A program made the position numbers and the translations under genes. The notes below the pieces were generated by a model. It did not search any database and was not told where the DNA came from. It was given only the letters and a program-made list of their open reading frames with translations. A DNA stretch of 64,000 nucleotides. Source: Octopus vulgaris (taxonomy: Eukaryota). Of this stretch, positions 14,121 through 26,963 are shown one piece after another (the stretch's first letter is position 1; the number at the start of each line of letters is the position of its first letter). The DNA lies in contig OX597828.1 of NCBI GenBank assembly GCA_951406725.2, forward strand, positions 14,880,001 through 14,944,000. The letters run 5' to 3'.

Positions 14121-14810
14121 GGTGCGCGCATGTGTAAGTATGAGATTAAAACACTATTTCAATAGTCGTGTTTTTTATGACAAAAAAAAAAATAAAATAA
14201 TCTAAATGCTATTTCCTTTAATTTCTCTTCATTTCTGAAAGAAAAATGTCAAGCTACAAGATCGATAATAGATAACAAGTGGTATGTGTGTGTGTATGTA
14301 TGTATGTATGTGTGTGTGTGTATGTATGTATGTATATATAGATATGTGCCATATATGTATGTATATATATATATATGCCATATATATTGATCGCATTGTG
14401 TGTGGGCGTGTACGTGTAAATATATATAAATATATATACTACTTGTTTTCGATTATTGATCTCGATGTCTGTATGCCTATGTGAGTGTTATTAGTTCATA
14501 TTTTCTATTTTCGCACTGTCGGAAACGCGTGTGTGCGTGTGTGATATTTATCGCTATACGTATGTCCATAGTACAATCTTGAAATAAATGCGATTCAAAC
14601 CACTCCTCTCTAGGTTTACGTACGTAACTGAATATGAAGATATCAATGAAACGATTTATTTGTAAACAATGGCAATATACGTACACAAACCGTTGTTTAT
14701 TGGTCTGTATGTGTATTGGTCTGTATGTGTATTGGTCTGTATGTGTATGCGTGCGATTCTTTGAGATTGATAATATTTAGTTAGCCTAAATTAAAACTGA
14801 ACACTACAAG

Positions 14811-14840
<30 letters not shown>

Positions 14841-14841
<1 letters not shown>

Positions 14842-15024
14842 GGAAAGTTTACGAAAAAAACAAAAGACGAAGGCAGGTAGTGTACAAAACAAACAGATGT
14901 ATTAAGTATAACGCTCAGGAATAGAAAAAGTCTTTTACTTTTCGAGCCTACGCTCTTCTACAGAAAGGTACACAGAAAAAACAAGGAGAGAAAAAAATGT
15001 GTGTAGTGGCTAACGATCTATCAT
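14841..15024 (-). mobile_element. Short element in (TA)n carrying a minimal hammerhead-like motif
   Basis: Minus strand CCTTT-CTGTAGAA-GAGC-GTAG-GCTC-GAAA-AGTA-AAAGA (14931-14968). Confidence 0.55.
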
Positions 15025-15827
15025 ATATATATATATTCGCGCACATATATAAAAACAGGCAATAATGTTTATAAGCTATTTCCAAAGTATATACATAAAA
15101 AAAATACAATACTTATTGCTATTTTCTCCACATCATAGGAATGCACTCTAAACGTAAAAGTCACAATTCGGAATCATTACGTGATCGCACGATTTGCAGT
15201 AACAAATAACAGCCAAACCTGCCTCAAATTTATATATTTCATGTCTTGCAAAGAACCAGGGGCATTAGAGATAATGCCAGTCCCAGGCGCGTAACGCCCG
15301 CAAAAGGAAAAAAAATTAAAAAACGGAGTGGGGGAGGGGAGACTATCAATGTTGGAATGCCTTTGATCAAAAGTTTGGTCAGTGCAGGCTGACCAGTGGC
15401 TAACCAACGACCAGCTCCAAACATTATAAATAAGAGGTTTGCAAGCTAATAAGACGGTCAAAAGATCAGGTTTAATAATAATTTGTACCACAAGCAGGAG
15501 GTTTAGGTATATGGGGTGGGGTGGGGTGAGAAGGAACGGTCAATTTATATTGACCCCCAAATTACTCGACTAGAGCTTAATTTTATTCATTCTGGAAGAA
15601 AGAAAAGTTAAATCGACCTCGGCAGAAATGTTAATTCAGAAGGTTAAGGGGCCGCTCAAAGAACGGCGACAATCGGTCTTTATTTGCCACAAAGACGACG
15701 AATACGAGACAATAACAATGCTAATCTTATCTACTGTATCAAATGTCAAACGGTTATGAGAAAAGAATAGCACATGGATGATGGCGATGATAATCCAAAC
15801 AATAAAAGAGATCGGAAAGGAATATGG

Positions 15828-15883
<56 letters not shown>

Positions 15884-16109
15884 GTCACACACACACATTC
15901 TATAACGAGGGAAAATGATATTTGTTACTTTTATGTTGTGTGGACTTGATTCAAAAATTTCAACCACGGCCACCACACCAGCTTAATTCCAGATATTATA
16001 TGTGGCATTACACTGTCCAACTTGATTTTTCTTAAGACAACAAAGTACGATGCAAAGGAGATTTAGCTGCTATATCTAGCAGGTCGAGAGAACACTTAGA
16101 TGTCCCCTA

Positions 16110-16330
16110 CTTGTTGTTTAGCTTTCAGGTCAGCATTAATCAAGCAAACACAAAACGAAAGGCATTCCAGCCGAGACCATCCCATTCTTTTCTTTCTTTT
16201 TCAGATTCAATGTCTACGTCTACAGCATTCAAGGTGTCATTTCAATTCTAAGCTGGTAGGGCGTGATTCGAGGGAGATTTCATTGCTTTTTCTAGCAGAT
16301 CGCGAGTCTATGAAAAGCATCCCTCTCCCT
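16110..16330 (+). repeat. Representative of an old, very abundant ~200-bp dispersed repeat
   Basis: Motifs TTGTTGTTTAGCCCCAGGTCA, GGCATTCCAGCCGTGACCATC and GATTTGAGGGAGATTTGGCTGCTATTTCTAGCAGG recur in decayed form near 2830, 8040, 8520, 19960, 20260, 27950, 50900, 60620, 62520 and elsewhere. Confidence 0.65.
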
Positions 16331-17315
16331 TATTGATTTAATATGGAGTGAAGAAAAACGAATTGAAATAAATTCATGCGAGAAATTATGTACAAACACC
16401 AACGAAAAAGAGGAAAGAATTTGAGGGGTTTTTTTTTTCTTTCTCCAAAATGTTACAACTATTGCTTTCATGATTATCGCAGTCTGACGAGTAAGTATTT
16501 GGATGTTTTGATCTTAGGTCTTTCTTCAACATCTTTAAGATAAAGGAACGGAAAATCACAACGAAGCATCGAAGGGAGCCTGTACGTAAATCATTCAACC
16601 TGCTAGATTGAGCCGAAATATTCTTCAAATAACACACACACACAAACTACCGTTGTAAGAAATAGGAATGGTACATGCCTCTTGCAAAGACGGGATGTTC
16701 ATTCATAGCTCAGATGCCTTTAATCATATCATAAGCTAGATAGATAGATCGACCCTCATCGATTTGGGTCGAAACAACACACAAACACACGCAATGACAC
16801 AAAGCAGACATAGAAGTGTTATTTTTATTTCATTTCTCGTCAGTTTTCATAAATGACTACCGAGGAATAGGAAAATACGTACATCGATAGGGTTTCATTG
16901 AGAAGTTGCATAACATATCAACAGATACTTAACTACCACTACCGTTTTCTGATTTCTTTTTTGTAACTGCAACTGCTTGCTCCAAGAACTTCCTAGAAAG
17001 ACCCACACCTAACACCTTGATATACATTTCTCAAACGATAAAGACAAACAAAATAGCACAAATAAAGCAATATAATGTCTGTGTACACACTAACAAGAAA
17101 GTATTTCAAAAATATACAGGGAACTAGAAAGAAATGATTTTTAATCAAGGTGGAAAGGAAAACTATGTTAAAAATAGAATATCAAAGACAAATATTTTTA
17201 CGGCTAGAGAAATTATATTTATTGTTTGTACGGACAAAGAAAGTGAATGTCCGGAAAGAAAAAAAAATATTTAAAAACTGAAATTTAAGAAAGCGAAAAA
17301 CCAACCAGCACATAC

Positions 17316-17353
17316 CTGTTAAATACCAGTCTATATTTTAGGTGAATGCTTAG
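17316..17353 (-). other. Candidate 38-nt non-coding exon
   Basis: Minus strand gtttttatag|CTAAGCATTC...TTTAACAG|gtatgt has good acceptor and donor. Confidence 0.35.
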
Positions 17354-17932
17354 CTATAAAAACACTATTATTTAACAGGGGAATTGAAGGTGAGGTGAAA
17401 TTAAAGGTTACAATTGCAAAGAGGGGGATTATTTAAAAAAGCTTTCTGTAATAATATATAAAAAAGAGGTGAATTTATCGAGACTTTCTGTTGTCTCAAA
17501 ACAGAGCACTGCTACCGACATACTTTCTTCTATCAAAATAAATATATATAAAAAGGCTAAACGCAACAGAGAAATCTGAAGTTGCTCAATGAAATGAGTA
17601 TAATCCATATGTAATACAAATTACATGTTTCTTTAATGAAAGCCTAAAATGTCACACCAGACAGCGAGGGTATTAGTGGTGCCAGAGCAAAGCTTTGAGT
17701 GAATAACAAATATAAGACCTACAAGATATTTGACAAGAAGAGACAGTTGTCTTCAACGAGAGAGCGAGAGACAACATACAACTATATTGTATCAGACAAG
17801 ACGCATCACAGAAAAAAATTCCGTTAACGAAAGCCAAGGTGAAATATTGCAGTCAATGTATGCATTACTGATATATGTAAAGTATGGGATGTTACCATTA
17901 AACATTTATAGATGAAAGCAGAAGTAACATAC

Positions 17933-18030
17933 CCGTCATTTAGTTGTTTTAGTCGTGAACCTTACTGATCAGGAGACAGCCATGTTTAAATATCATTCCA
18001 AAGCCTCGTTTTCAACTGACTGGCGAGATG
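17933..18030 (-). other. Candidate first (5' UTR) exon of a divergent minus-strand transcript
   Basis: Minus strand has AAACATGGCTG followed by two donor-like sites (TCA|gtaagg at 17966 and CGG|gtatgt at 17933), ~430 bp upstream of the DENND6 ATG. The upstream boundary is a guess. Confidence 0.35.
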
Positions 18031-18458
18031 ATGGAAATAACTGTGAGTAGTAATAATAACAGTAATGATAATGATAGCAGCAGTAATGACTATACAAGCA
18101 CTTCCTCCTCCTCCTCCGGCGCTTTCACACACACACACACACACAAGATAATACATGACTATACAAGTACTTCCTTCTCCAACACTTCCACATATTCATG
18201 TATATATATATATTCACACACATAAATACATACAGATATATGTATATACATGCATATATATTTATATACATATATGTAATATTACAAATAGGTTGTTTAA
18301 AATAAGGTTAAGATTTATTTAGAAGATTTTTTATGTTCAATTTAATTTTATTTGCTTCGTTCAAGATGATTTTTATTTAGGATGCCAACGGATGCGAAAC
18401 TCTGGCAGATACAACGTAATGGTCAAGGTCGTTTTTTCTCCACCAGGTTTTTTGGAGA

Positions 18459-18617
18459 ATGGCCGCTATGGACGAAGACTTCGAAACTGCTGTACTTCGG
18501 CAGTTCACAGAGACCAGTTCTAAGTCTCCTACTTTATTACCATGGGACCGTTTCTCAAACTGGCTTCATTGTGCTTGTGTTGTGACATTTGACTTGGAAT
18601 TGGGACAAGCGATGGAG
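18459..18617 (+). CDS. DENND6: DENND6 (FAM116)-family DENN-domain protein, coding exon 1
   Basis: Translates [53 protein letters not shown]. The [25 protein letters not shown] motif is the N-terminal uDENN signature of DENND6A/B. It ends GAG|gtagaa (phase 0), and the ORF downstream of the donor loses family similarity. Confidence 0.93.
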
Positions 18618-21600
18618 GTAGAATATGGTTTTCGTATTACTAAAAACACAGGTTTTTATTACTGTGTCGCTCCAAACTCTGTTGATTTTTTGAAATATTT
18701 TAAACCCTCTCATAGAATTTTTTCTTTTGTATGTCTGCAATAATGTTCCATCTATAATGTATACCCACTTCACACCCCACTATTTCCGATACTGGTTTGT
18801 TTGTTTCTAAATATATATTCCTCATTTCCAAGTTCCATTTTATTCTTAGTCTCAAGTCTTTAAATGAACAAAAACCCACATTGACATTTTAACATAAACA
18901 GAAACCATTTTTAATAGAAAAAGACGAAAATTTACACTTTTGCTTTTGATCTAATGTAGTTTTGTTTTGATTTAGTAACTCGTCTTTACAAATAGGAAAT
19001 ATATCTACTTCTAGAGGAAGTTTTGGTTTTCGAAAATCCGAAGTTTTGTCACCATAGGGAAAGACTATAAATTCAACTCGGTATATATTTCAACATCTCT
19101 CACTCTCTCTCTCTTTCTCTCTCTACCTTGCACGTGTTAGCAGACTCCGGCCATCTATGAACTTACCTCAATTATTTTTTCCTCGATTGGATACAAATGG
19201 AAACAATTTATGAATTATTACGTTTTCTAGAATCTCTTTTTTTTCCCATTTTTGTTTCCTTCCCTTTTTCTTTCTGCTTATGAAAATTTACTTCAACTTT
19301 TTAAAATGACAAAAATAAAAATAAAAATCTGTAATAGCTTCGATTACTTTGATCATAGATAAATATTTATTGACTTCTCGTCTAATGACCTTACTGTTGA
19401 ATTACTAATTCCTTTTATAAGTTACCGAATGATAAAGGCATTTGTGAATCATAAATATTTACCTATTTAAAGAGACACACAGCTCGGCTTCTCTTTGTCG
19501 AAAGAGGACAGAATATGTGACAATCATATGTGTCAATAATAATAATAATAATAATAATGATGATCTCCAACCGCAGTGTCTGCTTTTTAATTGTTTGTCG
19601 GATTCTTCTCTTCTCCAACCAAAAGAACAGGAAAAAAGGATTGAACCACTAAGTGTTGGTAAATGATACTAAATAGTCTGTTTAACCGAGACTTAAATTT
19701 CTAAGAGAACGGAGTGTGAAGTGAGTTTGGCTGTCGTTGATGCTGACATTTCCAATAATGATTATAACCGCATTGTGTATGTATTGTGGAAAAGGAGGGG
19801 GAATAATTAGCGGTAACTTAATTCATTCATCGGTCTTCGTGGCAAGAAAATCGTTACAATGAGATTCAGTTTATCAATAAACACAGAATAGCCAGTTATC
19901 ATTTTCCCTTCATCAAAAATCCACCCATTCTAAGTTAACAAAAAAGAACGTCGACGTGATGGGGACCTCTACGTGGTCGCTCGACTTATTAGAAATAGCA
20001 GCCAAGTCAAAACTGACTTTGTATCCAACAACAACCACTAAAAGAACGATCCAGCGAGGGAGCTTTTATGTGGTCGCTCGATCTGGTAGAGATAGTAACC
20101 AAATCTCCTCACACCCAAGAAAGAGAAAGTACACAGACCTAAATAAATTATATCTAGATTAAAAACAAAAAGCATGGCCACAGGTCTGCTCAAAAGGACC
20201 TGACTTGGTGCTAAATAACGACAACCACTGTCAAACACCCTGTTAAATATGTTTTAATTTAACCCCAGATTAGCTTTGACTAAACGGTATTCTAGTCGTG
20301 ACCATCATACTTTCGGCTTTTATTTTTCAAATGTGGACCATATTATCCAATGAGTATTTTTTTTTTTTTAAGACGATGGGATGTAATTTGGGCTTACATT
20401 TGACAGTTATTTCTTACAGGTAGAAAAACCTGGCAGAGGTTCTCTTGAAAGAAACTTCAGGTGGTTACTTTCGTTTGTATCGAATTTCCCCATATATCTA
20501 TTTTCGCTTCTCAGTTTTCATTGATTATGTGAGAAAAGTTGGGTGTGTAGCCTCTGATCAATAACAAGCCACTCTGTCAAATTCGGGTGTGCCATATTCG
20601 TTCACTGACGTAGTTTACAATTTCGGGACTTATGATTATGTATATTGTAGGTGTTTGAGTACAACAAACAATGACTAGAACTCGATGCATGAAAATATTT
20701 TATTTTTAATCGGCAGAAGTTGAAAGAGCGACTCATGCGCCGGGAGTTTTAATGTGTCATTGTGTTGGATAATAAGTTCAATCCTCCTAGCACCACAATC
20801 CTATGAGGAACACTTGACTTAGCGAACCATCGAGGGACCCTATATGTCCTCGCCCCACCTGTTAGAAATAGTAGTCAAATCTCTCTTAACTCACACCTTT
20901 GCCACCGTCTTATAAAAATGAGAAAATAAGCGTGGGGGCACAATAATTAATGTAGTCGTGGGTTTCTTGCACATACAGAAAGTAAATGGGATGGCCACAA
21001 CTGGAATGCTTTTGATCATAGGTCTGCTAAACAACAATCATAAACTTACAATGAAAATCCTGTTTATGTTTATATTTTAAATTGTAACTCGGTCATGTCT
21101 GTTGACAAGTGTACATAATACACAAATACAGCATTGTGTGGATTGATGTTCTTGATTCATTAAGGCACTCGTTATCTTTACACCTCAGATAGAAGCTCGA
21201 GGGCTTTCCAAACATGAATTATCTCTGAGGGAACTTATGTTCCGTGTCAGAAAATAGTAATCTTTTATCCTTTACTCCTTTCAGTCATTAGACTTCGGCC
21301 ATACTGGGGCACTGCCTTGAACTATTTTTAGTTGAGTGAATCAACCCCAGTACTTTTTTTTAAGCTTAGTACTTATTCTATCGATCACTTTTGCCAAACC
21401 GCTAATTAAACACACCGACACCAGTTGTCAAGCGGAATTTTTATGAAATTTTGATAATTTTTGCTAAGCTACTAGCCATTTCATAACTCTCACCAATCAC
21501 AATTAACCCTAATAGAGCTAAGTGGGAGGTTGATATTGAAATTTCTACTAGTTTATTTCAAAGCAACTTTCTGAGCAAAGTCTGGTATCTATTTTTACAT

Positions 21601-21844
21601 CCAGATAAACAGAAAACCTGTAATGTTAACTCTTTTGTTACTAAATCTCTTACAAACATACAATGCCTCTGTGTTTCAGTTTTCAGAATGATCAAAATTT
21701 TGGACAGTCTTTGTAAAATAACTACTTTTTATTAGGATGTCAAAATAGTGTTTGGAATACAGCTTTGACAAAATAAAAGTAAGTTCTAATATAATGGAAT
21801 TTCTACCTACTGTATTGAGTCCCCATCACTAAAGACTGGTCATA

Positions 21845-22337
21845 TCGTAAATCCTTGAGTATAATACGCAGGGGATTTTTAGGGGGCTGTACTGCTGAAA
21901 AACCTAAACCTTGTTATGATACGCACCCCTTCTCTAACTTGAGTCAAGGAAGTTTATGTAACGTCCTTGGTTTCTAAAAATATATACAGTAATGTCCTTT
22001 ATTATTATTGTATATATAATATAATGCAAACGTGTAGCTTTCTTGTGCATTTTGTTTGTAGAAAATAAAGAAATAGCAGTAATATTGTTTAATAAATGTT
22101 GCTTACTGCAAGTTATGGATGATTCTTTTATGACTTCATTGCTTTCAGGCTTAGCTTAAGGTATTTTCGTGCCCAACATCAGAAAATGCGTCTGAATAAA
22201 CATTGCCAGACAGCAAATGGAGACTTGGACATTGCTTAGAAAATATTTTTCATTTTTAACCTCGTATATAGTACGCACTAGGGATTTTGACCTTTAAATT
22301 TTGGGGGAAAATGCAGATTATACTTGAGGATTTGCGG
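21845..22337. mobile_element. Tc1/mariner-superfamily (pogo/Tc2-like) MITE
   Basis: 26-bp TIRs TCGTAAATCCTTGAGTATAATACGCA / TGCAGATTATACTTGAGGATTTGCGG (mismatches mostly CpG decay), flanked by TA on both sides. Confidence 0.85.
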
Positions 22338-24413
22338 TACATCTGCACTTGTATGTGTAATCCTGGGCAAAATCTTTTGAGGAAGATTGGCAGTGGCCCA
22401 TCTCCAAAGGAAGGATTGCTGACTTGAGCCGATACAGATTTGTTCCAGAGTCATTACAGCAGTTCTGTCAATCCACCATCTCTGGGTTAGTACAATTTTA
22501 TTGATCCCAAAAAGATAGAAGGCAAAACTAACCTCAGCAGGATTTGAACCTGAGACTGTGTTAGCCAGGTTGGTATCAAAAGAGTTATCCATTACCCAGT
22601 TTAATGCCACAATCACCCTGTCTTTGGGTAACATTAGTTACCCATCTCCAAGGGAAGGATTGTCAATTCTGTTGCAAGCACTTAAACCAGGCCTCCAGTT
22701 TGAGGACACCTTTCTCCTACCAGTCTTGAAAGTTCTCCAAAGTATCATGAACATTGTCTCTCCTCCCGACTAAGGAATTATAAAAACAACAATGTTCACT
22801 TGATGGCATTTTAAACTACCAAACACCATAAGCATTTGTTATACATCTATGTTTTGGTCATTAATACAATTCTACTTCATTTAAATGGAAGTCAGCTAGT
22901 ATTTATAAGCCATTGAGAAGGAAGCAGTGTATTGTTTTTCATTAAACACTTCAGTCTGATAAAGAAAAATGATAAAACTCTGCTAAGCTTCTTAGAATCA
23001 ATGCAGAAGTATTAGATATGCTGGTTTCTCTAGAATCCTTTCCGGTTAAGCAGGATTAATCTTCTCAACTGTTGAACTTTGACCTCACAAATGCCATTTA
23101 ACTATCAACTAAATAATTTCAGTTGTAAGTTGAATAGAAATGAGGAGGTCCACAGAATTGAGTCATTTACTTGTTTTATTTAATTGCCTATTCTGATACT
23201 TTTGATGTTGTGGTCTGTGTTATTGGCTAGCAGTGTAATGGTGGCTGTTGTATTCTGACTAAATTCTTTTCTAAATCAAAAATAACTATAGTGTTGTTGG
23301 TTATCCCAAGTTTCTTTAGTGTTGGCAGAATCATTAGAGCATCAGATAAAATGCCTTGCAGTATATTAATTTGACTCTCTGCACCCTGTGTTCAAATCCC
23401 TCTATGATCAACTTTGCCTTTCATCCTTTCAGGGTTGATAAATAGGTACCAGACCAGGATGCTGGATTGATGGAATTGTTAGAGCATCTGACAAGAGGTC
23501 TTGCAAACAGAGACATATTCCAACAGTTCATTGCAAATTTTATTACTGGGTTAATTATGCTGTGCCTTCAGTTTTAAATGTAAATTACAAAATGATTTAA
23601 TATTCTAGGAGATACATGCAAATCTTATTCTTTTACTGATTTCAGCTGTTGGATTGCTGCAATGCTAGGACACTACTATCAAGGGATCTTAGCCAATCAT
23701 ATCAACTCTCCTCCACTACTTATTTTAATCTCTTAAACACATCATCATTTTATTTTTACACCAGTAAACAGAGACTAAAACACGGACACAAGCAGATGCA
23801 TACATAATATCGTCATCTTTGTTTTAGTTTTATGTTTGTTTTTCTCTGCTGGAATTGGTTTGGATGGAGACTTATTGAGATAGCATTTTATGGCTGGATA
23901 CTCTTTCTGTTACCAACCTATACTGGTTTTTCAAATAAAGGACTTATTTCATTCCACTTGACCTCACAGGCCTACAGGACTTACGCTTATTGGAGGCAAT
24001 AACATTCTTGCTCAAACTGTGTCAACCAAAGATTGTGTGGAATCTAAACACTCAGTGCATCCATATATCATCATCATCATTTAACGTCTGTTTTCCATGC
24101 TAGCATGGGTCGGACAGTTTGACCGGAACTGGTAAGGCTGGGGGCCCACACCAGGCTCCATTGTCTGTTCTAGAATGGTTTCTATGGCTGGATGCCCTTT
24201 CTAATGCCAACCACTCCACAGAGTGTACTACATGCTTTTTATGTGACACCAGTGCTTTTAACATAGCATCAGCACCATATATTGTATGTATGTTTGTATA
24301 TATATATATATATATTATGATAATAATAATAATAGGGAATATAATTCCAAAACTTACAGGGAAAAATTCAATTTAACAATTTTAAATCAAATTTCACAAT
24401 ATATAAATATATG

Positions 24414-24620
24414 TATATAATTTAGAGAAAAACCACTATTAAACAATTCAATATAGAAAGATGTTATTCACACCATTTAGAAAACATATACTATAAAAAA
24501 AACCTTATTTAAAATCAATTGATTTTAAATAAGGTTTTTTTATAGTATGTTTTCTATATGGTGTGAATAACATCTTTCTATATTAAATTGCTTAATAATG
24601 GTTTTTCTCTAAATTATATA
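24414..24620. repeat. Spacerless ~207-bp AT-rich palindrome
   Basis: Arms of ~103 bp mirrored around AAAATCAA|TTGATTTT (centre 24518/24519) with few mismatches. Confidence 0.9.
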
Positions 24621-25008
24621 TATATAAATATGTATATATGTATATCATCATCATCATCATTGTTTAACGTCCGTTTTCCATGCTAGCATGGGTTGGACAG
24701 TTTGACTGGGGTCTGGGAAGCCAGGAGGCTGCACCAGGCTCCAGTCTGATCTGGCAGTGTTTCTACAGCTGGATGTCCTTCCTAACACCAACCACTCCAT
24801 GAGTGTAGTGGGTGCTTTTTACGTGCCAGGGGAGGCTGGCAATGGCCACGATTGGTTAGTGCTTTTTATGTGCCACCAGCATAGAAGCCAGTCAAGGCGG
24901 CGCTGGCATCGGCCACGTTCGTATGGTGCATTTTACATGCCACCGGCATAGGTATCACAACTACAATTTCCATTTTATTTTTTGATGTTGATGTACTTGA
25001 CTCAGTAG

Positions 25009-25052
<44 letters not shown>

Positions 25053-26553
25053 TATATATATCATTAGTGTCCACTTTTCCACTCAATAGATGACTAAGCT
25101 GATGATGACAGCCTATTTGACTGAATCTGGTAGGAGCAGTATATTTTTTTAATTTAAATTGTTAAAGATTATTAGTTACAGAAATAAAATATGGCTTGGG
25201 AAAAGTTCCTGAAGAAGTAAGAAGATGGTGTAGTAACAGAGAGTGGAGCATGATGCTAAATACTTTTCAACATGTTCTGAGTTCAAGTTTTGATGGGGGA
25301 CAAGCTAGGTAAACTCACTGTCATTCATACATATAGGCTTGTCCTTTACAGGTGCCAGTGCTGCATAAACACACCTGTGCCAGTGGCACAACTAAAGCAC
25401 TGGAAAGATGTTAGCGTTAGAAAGGGCATCCAACCATAGAAACTGTGCCACAATAGACAATCGGACAGCTCCCCAGCTGGACAGCTCTTGTCAAACTGTT
25501 CAACCCATGCCAGCATGAAAAACAGATGTTAAATGATGATGCTAATTTAAGCTATTGTAGCCTGAGAAGGAAAAATGACTGGGTGTGAGAAAGAGAAGCA
25601 TGTATATGAAATGAGTTTTGGTGGTGTTCAAAATAGTAAGGTTAAAAGATCAGAGGTCATTGTGGTAGCAGTAAGACACAGTTTGGCTGCTGGGTTAGCA
25701 GTTGTAAGCATCAGGCAAACAACTTGTAATGTAAATAATATAAGTTTTACTTCTGTAAATGTCTCATAACCTCTGAATGTCCTTTAAGGGCTGATCTCTT
25801 GATATTAAACAGATGTGATAAATCTCCTTCCCCTTGAAGGAACAACAGTCTATCGTAGATAACATTCCAAAATGATCTGGTATCTATTCTTGGATGTTAA
25901 ATCAACTGAAGTAAAATTGTGTATGCAACAAAACATCTATAAAAGAATGGAATTTCAAGATATAATACGAACTGGTAATTCAAATCCATATTCACTCAGC
26001 TGCCTAGAATATGTGTGCATGTGTGTGCGTGCCTGCATAAATGATAATCTATCCCATCTTTGAGAAGAGTACTTTGATGCAGTGTTTATTTGCATTCTGA
26101 AAAGGAAGAGTCAGGAGCTGTTGCTGAGCCAAAAGATTTTCTGGCTCTGAAAAAGAAACTCTGCCTTTATAATATTCTTCTGGTTGTTTGAAATTTACTG
26201 TATCATTCTCAGAGATTATCAAAACTTACAAGGCTTGACATGTGCAACCAGTTTGATAGCCTAACCATTTTGTTACCATACTTCTGATGAAATATACTAA
26301 CTTCATTTCAATTAATTTTGAAACTGATGAAGAATCTAGTAAGATAACTTTGTCAGGTGCAGGTGTGGCCATTTACTTCCCAACCACATAGTTCTGGGTT
26401 CAGTCCCACTGCATGCTACCTTAGGAAAATATCTACTACTATCACTCTAGGTTAACCAAATGGATTTGGTGGCTGGAAACTGAAAAAGACTGTGTGTCCT
26501 TGTCTTGATGTCAGGTATAGTTGTAAATGGATGTCATTCATTTCTGGTATTCC

Positions 26554-26963
26554 TATTTCTTTATTGCCCACATGGGGCTAAACATAGAGGGGACAAACAA
26601 GGTCATCAAGTCGATTATATCGACCCCAGTGCATAACTGGTATTTAATTTATCGACCCCGAAAGGATGAAAGGCAAAATCAACCTTGGCGGAATTTGAAC
26701 TCAGAACGTAGCGGCAGACGAAATACCTATTTCTTTACTACCCACAAGGGGCTAAACACAGAGAGGACAAACAAGGACAGACAAACGGATTAAGTCAATT
26801 ATATCGACCCCAGTGTGTAACTGGTACTTATTTAATCGACCCTGAAAGGATGAAAGGCAAAGTCAACCTTGGCGGAATTTGAACTCAGAACGTAACGGCA
26901 GACGAAATACCGCTAAGCATTTCGCCCAGCGTGCTAATGTTTCTCCCAGCTAGCCACCTTAAA
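26554..26963 (-). mobile_element. SINE family B head-to-tail dimer
   Basis: Full unit plus headless unit joined at 26726/26727. TSD ATTTC(tg/ca)GTATTCC at 26540-26553 and 26964-26977. Confidence 0.85.

Larger units (their letters stand above)
13800..21500. promoter_or_regulatory. CpG-retaining (probably unmethylated) promoter domain around the DENND6 start, likely bidirectional
   Basis: CG dinucleotides are visibly frequent here, including inside old repeats whose copies elsewhere show TG/CA decay. Boundaries were estimated by eye. Confidence 0.6.

Noticed and set aside
17966-17983. ATG GCT GTC TCC TGA TCA|gt as a selenoprotein start
   Set aside because: No recognisable selenoprotein motif or SECIS evidence. 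A short uORF or YY1-like motif is simpler.
18618-18743. Continuation of the 94-aa ORF past GQAME
   Set aside because: Family similarity stops at a GT donor and resumes at 39061, so this is intron read-through.
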